From the human T2T-CHM13v2.0 reference genome, Homo sapiens, in the NCBI RefSeq assembly GCF_009914755.1, contig NC_060947.1: 64,000 bases of DNA, one strand, 5' to 3'. Positions 1 to 11,340 of this stretch are shown in pieces. Made by a program: the position numbers and the translations under genes. The notes beneath the pieces are model-generated. The model saw only the letters and a list, made by a program, of their open reading frames with translations. It made no database searches and had not been told where the DNA came from. The first letter of the stretch is position 1, and each line of letters opens with the position of its first letter.

Positions 1-405
1 CTTGGACTGCTTTTGTGTTTCTTTGTTGTGCTTATCTGGGAGGGACAGTTTTGTATCTGTTCCCATACCTCTTCCTGCAGCTGCAGGCATACTCCCTGAG
101 TCTGCTTTTAGCTTCCCAATCTTAGTGCACCTGAAGGGAAAGGAATGTGCTTATTAAGGCGCACTGTTTTACTGGGGCCCATTGTATGAGGGTGAAGTTT
201 GGCAGTTACCTAAGATACTCCCACCTCCTCCACCACCACCCCAACACCCATACCCAAGCTGTTTTATCTGTGTTTTACTGTCTGCTCTTTCTGGCTGCTT
301 GTTGTCAAAAGAGAAGTGATTTCCTTGAAATGCATGAGGCTAGAAAGGGAGCTGGAACTTAAAGTGGCGATGTTTGTCCAAGATGACAGTGCTCCTGCTC
401 TGTCA
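1..405 (-). mobile_element. ERV1-class LTR (MER83/MER84-like), truncated by the window edge
   Basis: Reverse complement begins TGACAGAGCAGGAGCACTGTCATCTTGGACAAACA, a TG-initiated MER4-group LTR start recognised from memory; subfamily uncertain. Confidence 0.6.
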
Positions 406-479
406 ATAGTAAATAATATAATTGGGTTGTGTGATTCCTCCAACTTCACTGTCTTTTTAAAAATTGTTTTAGAAACCTA

Positions 480-1850
480 ACACAGTAGGCACAAGGTCTG
501 TATAAAGAAAACTATAAGACTCTAATGAATGGAATGAAGGGATATTCAATTTTCAAGGATAGAAAGACTCATTATTGTCAAGATGTCAATTCTAACTTGA
601 TCTATAGATTGCCTAAAATCCCAGTCAAAATCCTAGCATGTTGTTTTGTGGATACCAACAAACTTATTTTAAGGACTAAAATATGTTTTATGTGGAAAGG
701 CAAAAGACTAAGATTAGCCAACACAATATTAAAGAAGACGACAGTGGGAAGACTAACACTTCCCAACTTCAGGTCTTACTATAAAGTTACGATAATTAAG
801 ACAGTGTGATATTAAAGAAATAATAGACAAAAAAGTCAAAGAAATGCAATAGACATCCCAGAAATAGACCTACAGAAATATAGTCAACCAACTTTTGACA
901 AGGAATCAGAGGCATTTAAATTAAGAATAATCTTTTCAGCTAATTATACCAGAACAAGTGGACATCCACATGGAGAAAATGAAGCTAGGCACAGACCTTA
1001 AACTCTTCACAAAAGCTCACATAAATTCAATCACAGACCTAAATGTGAAAATAAAATTTTAAAAAACCTATGAAACACATAGAAGATACCACAGGGGAAA
1101 ACCTAAGTAACTATGGTTCGAGAAAACTTCTTAGATACAACCCAAAAAGGAACATCTGTGAAAGAAAAAATTGATAAGTTTGGCTTCATAAAAATGAAAA
1201 AATTCTGTTAAGAGAACAAAAAGGAAAAACGAGAAACGAGGATAAAAGTTTTGCAAAAAAAATCTGACTGAAGATGTGTATCAAAAATATATTCAGAACC
1301 CTCAACTCAATAACAAGAAAGCAATCCAATAAAAATGGACAAAAGATCTGAGTAGATACACACTACACCAAAGAATATATACACATTGCAAATAATAATG
1401 TAAAAAGATGATTAGCATCTTATGTCACTAGGGAATTACAAAGTAAAACAGGATACCACTACACATCTTTTAGAGTGGCTAAAATCAAAATGCCTGAAAA
1501 TTTCAAACACTCAACAGGAGGCTGAAGAACAGGTACCCTCAGTCATTGCTGATTTTAATTTGAAAAAAAAATACACTCACTCTAGAAACAGAATTGTATT
1601 ATTCTATGCATTTTAAATCTGGAAATGGTAAAAAAAAAAAAAGTAGATAAAGAAAACACACTAAACACACTGTTTTTGCTGTGATTTGGGTAGGGGGTGG
1701 TGGTTGACTATCAAGGTGAAGCAAGAGAAATTTTAGGCTAAAAGAAGGGATCTCTATGACATTTTAGTGGTAGATGTAAGACTCTATATTTGCTATGATA
1801 AATAAAAATGTTCATTATAGTGAACGCTGATCTATACAAAGTTTTAAAAA
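480..1850 (+). mobile_element. Old L1 (L1M-type) ORF2 3' part and 3' UTR, degraded
   Basis: ORF2-like translation in 525-809 (LIYRL.KIPVKI...F.WKGKRLRLANTILKK..VGRLTLPNFRSYYK..IIKTV); A-rich L1 3' sequence follows. Confidence 0.8.
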
Positions 1851-1948
1851 TCAGCCATGCATTGGGTTTTCAAAAGGATGCTGAGAAAAGAATGGATTTT
1901 ACAGGACTGAATGTGAAAGGAGAGGCACCAGCAAAAGAGGGTTTGTCT

Positions 1949-3903
1949 TAGTCTAGGTGAGAGATGAACCACAGAGGTAGTAATGGAGATCAATTGAAGT
2001 GGAGGGACTTCACATGGGTTTTAGAGGTTGGGGTAACAAATGCTGCTGTTGGATTTGATAAAAATTGAGAGAAAGGGAGGCATCAAGTATATCAAAACAT
2101 GTGCCACCTATAGCAAAAAAGTCACATTGAGCTATTATTTTTTAATAAGTTGTCAGCCCTCATGTTTATTTTATAACTTCTCTGAACCACACACAAATGC
2201 TCCTTCTTCCTTGAACTCAGGGAATGCCCTCCCCTCCCCCAAACCTGTGCGCAAAACATCTATATTCATGGCAACTATGGTAAATCTTCGGTGACAGAGG
2301 CAGCATGTTCTTTGAAGGCTGAATCTACGTGAGAATAAGGAACTGAAGGTGAGTCATTTGGGGCATGTTTGGAAAATGGTTGTGTTCACTCCTTTAAAAG
2401 GTCCCTGACACTCCCCATTGATTGAATCCCAAGAACGTTAGTCCCTCTCTCTTCTGGACAGGAGACTTATTTCCAATACCAGGAGGTAAAAGAATAGGTT
2501 TCCATTTTCTTTTTATCATCCATAAGAAATGCTCCCTTCTTGGGACCTCAGAAGAACAACTCCATGAAGATAATTCCCGAGGGCATGGGACCAGAGCTGG
2601 AATTTACCCACCAGCTGCCTCCCAGTCTAGGAGAAGAGCTTCCTTGTCTGTGGGTTTCCACCTTGAGCGCTGAGGTTTGGTCCACCAATCCTGGCTATGA
2701 GCAGAGTCCCACTGCCCCGGGACACTGAGCCAAAGCTGAAGAAGGAAGTCAGCTCATGAACGGCTGAGTTGATCCTGGCCATAGTCAATGAAGAGGGCCC
2801 CAACCCTCAGGGAAGTCTCTGGCAAAGCCACAAGTCAGCCTTTTTTGGAATCTCAGGGTTCCTGAATCCTGCTGAGGGTCCTGTCAGGAGTAAGAACAGC
2901 TGAAAGGAAGTATGTGAATCTCCTATCTATGTGGAGAGGAAAATAAACCTCTATTCCCATCACATTTGGGCAAACTGGCACTGCCTCTTAAGTCAGTAAA
3001 GTATTTGTGGACCTGGTCAGGTTTCTGTCATCAACACAACGTCCCCCATTCATGACTTTCTGGAGTAGAACTGCTCACATTATATTTCTTGGACCCCCAG
3101 AGTTCCAGAGGTCAGCAGGAGGACTGGCCAAGTAAGAGGGAATTAATGCAAAGTTGTCCCAGGTAGCCTTCCCCCAGCCACTATTGAGATTTCAAGTCCT
3201 GCTCTCAGGAAGCAAAGGTTCATGAAAGCAGTCAGGCCTTTTATGGCTGAGACAAGGGGGCAGAAGTAGCTGCTATTTCCTGTGCTCCTCTTTGACTCTT
3301 ATCTTACTTCTCCCTGGTACTGAAGTGACCAAAGACCCCGGCCTCTTTCAGTGCTTTCAAATCCAGCCTTACAGATGCTCTAATTTACTCATACTGCGAA
3401 CTTGCTTAAAGATAATTTATACAAAGACTTATTATTCTAAGAATGTCTGTGTATTTCTGAGGTTTTTTATAATAAACATATTTTAAGGTAGGTTTTGAAT
3501 TTCCCTGTAATTGTTTTTTCTGTTTAATATGAAAAAGGGTTCCACTTACATTAGGGTTTTTGTATGGATATTCTGTTGTTCCACTGACACTTATTTCAAG
3601 AAGACTGTCTCCTGTTCTAAAGCTGCAAGTTTTAAAAATCAGTTAAGCACATGTTTATACATGTTTTGTTGGTTTTGTTTTTCAGAACTCTCCATTCAGT
3701 TCCTTTGGTCTATCTGTCAATCTCTGCACCCAAATCTCAAACTCTTCATTATAGTAGCTTTGTAATTCTTACTGTCTGGTAGACTAATGACTCTTTTTCA
3801 AGTGTATATTGACTATGCTTGTCCATTTGCATGTCTTTATATTTTAGAATCAGGTGATTCACACATGCCTTCATGTCCAAAGCCCTTTGGCAGTTTTGAT
3901 TTA
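1949..3903 (+). repeat. ~2 kb segmental direct repeat, copy A (copy B 42943-44918; short remnant ~21270-21368)
   Basis: Colinear similarity, e.g. gaactgaaggtgagtcatttggggcatgtttgga at 2340 and 43355; tctggacaggagacttatttccaataccaggaggtaaaa at 2453 and 43469. Confidence 0.9.
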
Positions 3904-5200
3904 GGATTGCAGTCGATCTGTAGATTCCTTTTTGGGAAGAATCAACATATTTAAAATATTGAATCTTCATGCCCATGAATTTATTTTATTTTATGTTCAG
4001 GTAGGTCTTTGTTAATATGCCTCAACAGCATTTTAATATTTTTGTCTGTAAAAATTTTTTGGTTAAGCTTTTTTAACCAAAAAATATTTTAACCAGCCAT
4101 CAGCTGCCTCCCAGTCTTATTTGGTTAAAATGTTTTTGGTTAAATTATTTTCCTAAGATACTTGATATTTTGGTACTATAGGTTAAAATTATATAGTCTT
4201 TACTTTCATTTTCATACTCTTTCCCTGACAAAAAACGAAGTTGATATTCTTTTGAATATTGACCTTATACTAGCAAACTGATATACTATTATATATTGAA
4301 TAAATTATCTTTAGTTGTTTTGGATTCTTTTCATGCACAGTCTAATCATGCATGAATCACAAACGCTTTGTTTCCAACTGGCCAATCCTCATTCCTTCAT
4401 TTACTGCTCTTTGGATTACTACACTGGCTACTACCTCTAGTATAAAAAGTAATAGAAGTACTTGTAGCAGAAACTCTAGGTTAGGTCTCAAGTTCAAACT
4501 AGAGGCTTCCAACATTTCCTTAAAAGATGTATCTGTTGTAGGTTTTTCATGCATATCCTTTTATCTAGTTTGGTAACATTTTTCATATTTGATAAACTTT
4601 ATGTTTAAATAATTTTAGATTTACAAGAAAATTATAACAATAGTAAGAAAGTTCTCATATGTTCCACACTCAATGCCTCCTGTTATTAACACCTTACCTT
4701 GGTAAGGTTTCCTAAAACTAATGAGCCAGTATTTGTACATTGTTTTTAACAAACATTCTTTATTTATTATTGAACATACTTCAGTCACATTTTCTTACTT
4801 TTCACGAAATTCTATTTTCTATGCCAGGATCCCCTAAGGATACTCCATTACATTTAGTTATCATGTTCCTTCGATGCCCTTTGGCTGTACCGGTTGATTG
4901 AGACATTTCTCGATTTTGAAAACATTGACAGTTTTGACAGTTTCGTATGGTTAGGTATTTTGTAAAATTGACTTTGACTGGGATTTATGTGATTTTTTTC
5001 TGTCATGATTTGATGTAGGTAATGTTTCCTGGAAGGATGAACAGAGAGGTGAAGTGCCGTTCTTATCATACCGACAGCACATAGTACCAACAAAATTTGT
5101 CACTGATGATGTTAACTTGATTACCATGGCATCATCGTGCTTTTTAGCTTTATTCAGGGTAAAATTACATTATTTTTTGCCGTATGTTATACTGTCATCA
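3470..5200 (-). mobile_element. Old L1 fragments (L1M ORF2 piece and L1MC-like 3' end)
   Basis: Minus-strand ORF 3749-3976 resembles L1 ORF2 (IYRSTAIL.Q..LILKY); T-rich antisense L1 3'-end pattern at 4590-5200. Confidence 0.6.
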
Positions 5201-7720
5201 TGAGAAGAACAGGGAGACCCAGGACCAGCCAGTAGTCACATGAAGCCTCTGAGAGATAACTGCAAGACTCCCTGCCCACAAAGAGAAGGATCCACAGAAT
5301 CCAGCTCCACTGCTGCTGTCAGCCCTGGGAGGCCCTGGGGCATGGTGGCCCACTGTGGTGTCCCCCTGACATTTTAGAGGGTAGAAAGAGGAGAAGGCTC
5401 TGCCTAGGTGAGTCTCACTTCAGATCATGAGAGGTGAAGGGACTCAGGCCCTTCCAGGCATCCCCAGGATGACACAGAGGAAGGACTGGTGAGACACCCC
5501 TCCCAAGAAACAGAAGGACACACAAATCCAGGCCCTGTTTTCACCCCTGGGAGGCCTTGGGCAGGGCCCTCAGTCAGAGATGCTAGCGCTTTTCACTTCG
5601 TCTTGGGGGGCGTCTCATGGAAATGGGGACCTTGATCTGAAGAACATAGTCTCTGGACAGCAGGGGAAGGGCTCCCAGGCCATGTCAGGAATAATAACTG
5701 CAGGAAAACAGAGAGTCCTGCCCACCCCATTTTAGAAAAAGGACACCAGAGTCCTGCCTTGGGCCTGGGAGGCCCCACCCCACTGTGGGTGGATGTGATT
5801 CTCCCTCTCTTGCACCTTGCAGGTCTCAGGGATGGGAGGGGCTTATTCGGAGGTGAAAGACTCAGTTGCACAGAGGCAGGAAGGCCAGGCGGTTTCCAGG
5901 AGTCCAGGCACAGCCTCTCGGGAAGGCAGGAAGGGAACACCCATGACTGGTAGTGCCCCTCCCCTGTCCCTGTGCCTGCTGCCAGCTCTGGAGGACCCTA
6001 TCAGGGTCCCCAGGTTTACAACTTTCTGACTTGCATTTTGGGAGTCAGCCGGAGGGGAAGTTTTCTCTGAGGAGGGCAGTTTCAGTTAAGCAGAGGGAGG
6101 AACCCCAGGACTGGCCACTCAACGAGAAGAGAACTCTGTGGAAGGACAGTGACCTTCCAACATGGAGGAGAGGCACAGGCTACACCCTTTCCCTTCCTGC
6201 CGTCAGCCCTGGAAAAAGGTTGTGGGGGGAGAAAGCGGGGAGGTGGGCAGGGAAATATGGACGAGGGCTTTGAAGTGAGGAGGAAAAGGTGGAGGGATAC
6301 CGAGAGGTGGGTAGGAAGGGGTGGAAAGGGTCGGGGAGGTAGGCAGGAAGGGGTGGAGGGGGCCCAGGAGATGGGCAGGAAGGGGTGGAGAAGGGCCGGG
6401 AGGTGGTCAGGAAAGTGTGGGAAAGAGGTAGAGAGGTGAGGGGTGGTTCCTCCATAGAGAGGAGACCTAGCCCCACTGGGAGTCTGAAGTATTTGAGGCA
6501 TTTTGTGAGAAGGCTTAATTGAGATCAGCAGACAGAAGACTCTTAGAACTGGCCGATCCTCAAGGTAAGGGCCCTAAGGGAGAACTGAGGGACCTCCCAC
6601 CACAGAAAGAAGAAGCTCTTGCCTGCCCTCTACCTGCTGTGAGATTGTAGGTCGCAGACAGGAAGAGGGTAACCGAGGGCTGAGGGACACGTCTTCATGA
6701 CAGAAGAAGGGAGGAGGTGCCAGCTCTCTAGGGAATAAATAGGAAGACTTTGAGAAGGACAAGGGGAAACGCCACCTCAGAGGACAGACTCCCAGAGATT
6801 CCCAGCATGCTCCTCCATATCAGCCCTCGTAGAGCTCCCCAGTCAGCTCAGGCTGAGCGGCAGCCCTCTCATTGCTGGGTGAGAGGTGCAGGGAAAGGGA
6901 AGGCCTTGGTCTGAGGGTCCCGTGGCAAATCAGCACAGGGAGCTGCCTCCAGTTGGCAGAGGGAAGATTCCCAGGCCCTGCTGGGGATAAGAGTGAGGAC
7001 TGAGGAGTCACATGTGCATCAGAACAGATGTGAGGCCAGCCCAACTGCCCCCGTGGTAGAGTGCTGGGAGGTGGCTGCCACCTCACTACCTCCCACTGCT
7101 CTCAGGGATGTGGAGTTTGCCCTGAGTTTTGGCTAGAAGAGTGGTAGGGACATGGCCCTGTCTGAGAAAAGGTGAGGATGCTAATTAAATTCTGATGGGA
7201 CCATGCAGTCCAGAACTGTGGGGCTCTGGGAGTCTGGTCAGCCCCAGCTGTCAGCCTTGGGAGGCCCAAGACTCTGCTTGCAGTCTTTAGCCTGAGGGGC
7301 TCCCTCACTTCCTCTTGCAGGTGCTCCAGGAACCAGGAGTTGAAGACCTGGGTCTGAGGCACACTTCCTAAAGTCAGCACAGCAGAGGAGGCCCAGGCAA
7401 TATCAGGAGTCAAGGTGAGTGCACGCCCTGACTGTGTACCAAGGGCCCTACCCCCACAAACAGAGCAGACCTGGCAGCACCTGGCCATAGCCACCTACTG
7501 CCATTCCTGGTGCCTCAGGCTCTGCCTGCCAGCTGTGCCCCGAGGTGCTTTCTCACATCCTCCTACAGGTTCCCAGGGGACAAACCCCCTAGGATGGCAG
7601 GTGACCCGTGAGGCCCTAGAGCACCACCTTAAGAGAAGAAGAGCTGTAAGCCGGCCTTTGTCAGAACCACCATGGGTGAGTTTCTCAGCTGAGGCCACTT
7701 GCAGTGTCCCTCTCTCCCTC
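5200..7720 (+). promoter_or_regulatory. Unit 1 MAGE-C upstream region with non-coding exon homologues (donor 6564|6565, exon 7321-7414, exon 7569-7645, acceptor 7722)
   Basis: Colinear with 29420-31936 (MAGEC1) and 21370-23396 (MAGEC3); splice motifs caag|gtaagg, ttgcag|gtgctc, caag|gtgagt, ctacag|gttc, gct|gtaagc are conserved. Confidence 0.75.
5986..6242 (+). CDS. MAGEC3: Coding exon of the long (643-aa) MAGEC3 model: LWRTLSGSPG...WGEKAG
   Basis: cag|ctctgg acceptor and ag|gtgggc donor; peptide matches the recalled MAGEC3 isoform 1; phase joins to exon 8214. Confidence 0.6.
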
Positions 7721-7788
7721 AGGCCTGTTGGATGCCATCATCCACATCCCTGCTCACACATTTACCTCCTGCTCCTAAGGAAGACGTT

Positions 7789-8957
7789 ATGCCTGTGTTT
7801 TGAAATGTTCCTAGCGGCAACTTTGAGAAAGACTTCCAGAACCAAACTGTGATAGAGAACTTGGCAGATGCACAGGATTCCACAGAGGAGGAAGAGGAGA
7901 AAACCTCCTCCATTTCCTCTTCCTCTTTCTACTTATTATTCCCCTCCTCTTCCTTCTCTTCTTCCTCCTTCTCCTCCTCTTTCTCCTCTTCCTCCTCCTC
8001 CTCCTCCTCATCCTCTACTCTGATTCTTGGTGCTCATGAGGAGGAGGAGGAGTAGCTGTCTGCTGGGATGCTGCCTCTTCCCCAGAATCCTCCTGAGAGT
8101 CCTCCCCAGGGTCCTCTCCAGGGTTCCCTGTCCTGCTCCTCCTCCACTTTATGAAGCCCATTCAATGAAGAGCCTAGCAGCCAATAAGATGAAGATACAA
8201 GTACCTGGCACAGCTTGCCAGAGAGCGAGCCCTTGTTCACTTATACACTGGATGAAAAGGTGGACAAGTTGGTGCAGTTTCTTCTCCTCAAATATCAAGC
8301 AAAAGAGCCTCTCACAAGAGCAGAGATGCAGATGAATGTCATCAACACATACACGGGCTACTTTCCTATGATCTTCAGGAAAGCCCGTGAGTTCATAGAG
8401 ATTCTTTTTGGCATTTCCCTGACAGAAGTGGACCCCGACCATTTCTATGTCTTTGTAAACACATTAGACCTCACCTGTGAGGGGAGTCTGAGTGATGAGC
8501 AGGGCATGCCCCAGAACCGCCTCCTGATTCTTATTCTGAGTGTGATCTTCATAAAGGGCAACTGTGCATCTGAGGAGGTCATCTGGGAAGTGCTGAATGC
8601 AATAGGGGTGTGTGCTCAGAGGGAGCATTTCGTCTATCGGGAGCCCAGGGAGCTTGTCACTAAAGTTTGAGTGCAGGGACATTACCTGGAGTAGCGACAT
8701 GTGCCCAGTAGTGCTCCTCCACGTTATGAATTCCTGTGGGGTCCTAGAGCCCATTCAGAAACTAGCAAGAGGAAAGTAGTGAGATTTTGGTCATGTGAAA
8801 CAATACCGTCTCTAGTTCCTTTCCAATCTCTTCCAAGGATGCTTTGAAAGATGTGGAAGACAGAGCCCAGGCCATAATTGACACCAAAAATGATGCTACT
8901 GCCATGGCCAGTGCAAGGTTCCGTGTCATCTCCAGAAACTTCTCCTGTCCTGAGTGA
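7789..8957 (+). pseudogene. MAGE-C pseudogene (unit 1)
   Basis: ATG 7789 (MPVF) homologous to the MPLF starts of units 2 and 3; in-frame stops at 7801, 8053, 8152, 8185, 8668 and 8692; frameshifts after KRKVV (~8780); terminal ...CPE-TGA at 8955-8957. Confidence 0.9.
8214..8607 (+). CDS. MAGEC3: First (truncated) MAGE homology domain exon of the long MAGEC3 model
   Basis: Open frame [27 protein letters not shown]...VIWEVLNAIG; cag|c acceptor, ggg|gtgtgt donor; matches the recalled isoform 1. Confidence 0.65.
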
Positions 8958-9467
8958 AGTATAGGGCCGTTTCTTACGTCTGTGTTTGAAGAGGGCAGTC
9001 AGGGTCCTAGGTAGTGGAGGGCCCGGGTGGGGCTTGAGGGAACAATACAGTGTTCTTTGCATTTCTGTTCCATATGGGAGAGATAGATTTACCTCGTTTC
9101 CTTTTGTGTACTTTTTGAATGATTTTCCTTTTAATAGTAGGTTGAATTAGCTTCAGAATATTATTTTATAAATATTAGTCACACATATATTGCTGTTTAT
9201 CTAGTTTAAGAGTAACAGTTTGATATTTTGTAAAAAAAAATGGAAAAAGCTTGTCTCTTATTTTGTGATCTATAACAGGATAACATGGTATTGTACTAGG
9301 AATTTTCTTTAAATTATGTAAGAACTCAGCAGTTAAATAGTGGAACGAAATAAAGGATGGTGAATAGTTACATTTCCTTATCCCGTTTATACTGTTGTTC
9401 TTGAAAATTAAAGAAATAGACCTGGCTTTGCTTAGCTCATTCAAGAAAGTAGCAGAAATTAAATGTT

Positions 9468-9477
9468 AATAAATAAA
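9468..9477 (+). terminator. Overlapping polyadenylation signals of unit 1
   Basis: AATAAATAAA, homologous in position to 25142 and 36177. Confidence 0.6.
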
Positions 9478-10889
9478 AGCATCTCTGACGGCTTTATTTG
9501 CCTAACATTCTGTGAGCATTTGCTTGCGGAGGGGACTCTTAATAGTGGGGATACAGTGAAAAGCAAGAGTTATGCCTTACCTATAAAACAATAGAGTCTA
9601 GGAGCAGAAGCCATGTCAAGAAGGTGGTAAGATGCTCTCTACAATCATAAGTTTCAAAAAAGTGGGGAGGTGAGACTCCAGATGGAGTCTTCAAGTATAA
9701 AGTCCCTGAGCTAAGGTAGTGTGGGGCTTCGGGAAACTGCAGGTGCTTCTGTGGGAGCTGATTGTTATGAAGCTGGGTGGTGGCAGGGGCCAGACTCTCA
9801 GAAGGTGAGAGAAAAGCCTGCAATGGAAAACTGCTCTGAGCAGTTCCTTCTGGGTGGATGATGAGGGAGAGAGGAGTCTCCATGTGGGGAAGTAATGGAA
9901 GCTGTCTTGCAGCTCTCTAACTGGTGAGCTTGAACACAGTGCAAGGACTAGGTGATTGATACCCATCATTTGCAAGTGTTTCCTGAGAAATAAGGCGATA
10001 ATTCCTTGAAATGCTGCCCAGAAGCTTCTAGGCTGGCACTCATTTTCCTAGCCTGGGAGAGCCAGAGTCCATTCCATTGAAAGGTCATTTAATTAGGTTA
10101 TTTTAAATGTAATGTGGGCAACTGTAAGCAAGGGCTAGATTTTTAGTGGAGGATAAATAGAAATAGTTGTTTGGATGGATGAGCAAAGGGGAAGGTGAAA
10201 AGGAGTTGGTCCTTGATTCAAATTCAGCACTTTGATGTAAATTTTCAGTTTGGATAGTGACAATTCCATATCTATCCTGGGCATCTTCAAACACTCTCAA
10301 AATACTCCCACATAGGGTGGTGAGTAGAATCTGATTTGCCACATAATATACTGGTTCTAGGGATGTAATCTTAGGGTAAGAGATAGAGTTTTTGAGATCA
10401 TCCTAATATTTGATATTTGTATTGGGATTTTAATATATGATATTTGTAGTAACATTGTTTGAAGCAGGCCACTGAAGAGATACACAGATGAATGAGCTAT
10501 ACCAGGTGGTCAAAAAGCAAAGCTTCCTTCATAAACTTGGTATATGAGATAAAATTTTGGAAATCACTTTGTAAATAAATTACAAGGAGCTGAATTTCTA
10601 AAAACAGAACAATAACAAAATCCTTAATACTGCTTAGAAGGTGACAAGTGTTCCTTGACAGACAGGCTAGCTCTGATGAGAAAAGAAAATTATGGTTAAC
10701 CATCCTTCCATTGTCTCTTTTCTGTGTACCTGCCCCACAGGAAAATCTTGGTTTGCAGTGTGCCACAGGCACATGTACAGCTGTTCAGGAATGTTCAGTC
10801 ATGTAGAGGGTATTAGAATCTCTCATGGTAGGATATTTACCGTATACCAAAAGCAGTGAGAGAATTCTCAGTCTAAAGAGATTGTATTG

Positions 10890-11340
10890 TGTGATGGTTA
10901 ATACTGAGTGTCAACTTGATTGGATTGAAGGATGCAAGTATTGTTCCTGGGTTTGTCTGTGAGGGTGTTGCCAAAGGAGGTTAACATTTGAGTCAGTGGG
11001 CTGGGAAAGGCAGGTCCACCCTTAATCTGCATGGGCACAATCTAATCAGCTGCCAGTAGGACCAGAATAAAAAGCAGGCAGAAGAATGTAAAAAGGCTAG
11101 ACTGGCTTAGCCTCCCAGCCTACACTTTTTTTTCCTGTGCTGGATGCTTCCTGCCCTCTAACATCAGACTCCAAGTTCTTCAGCATTGGGACTCGGACTG
11201 GCTTCCTTGCTCCTCAGCTTGCAGATGGCCTATTGTGGGACCTCACGATCATGGGAGTTAATAAACTCCATAATACACTCCCCTTTATATATACCTCTAT
11301 CCTATTAGTTCTGTCCCTCTAGAGAACCCTGAGTAATACA
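10890..11340 (+). mobile_element. 5' LTR, MLT2A1/MLT2A2 type
   Basis: Starts TGTGATGGTTAATACTGAGTGTCAACTTGATTGG, ends CCTCTAGAGAACCCTGAGTAATACA; contains AATAAA. Confidence 0.9.

Noticed and set aside
7102-7494. Near-identical 130-aa minus-strand ORF also at 22776-23168
   Set aside because: The identity is DNA-level conversion extending past the ORF; there is no ATG at the listed start and no matching ORF in the MAGEC1 unit.
7811-8011. Protamine-like poly-Arg ORF on the minus strand
   Set aside because: Antisense reading of the (TCC/TCT)n poly-Ser tract of the pseudogene.
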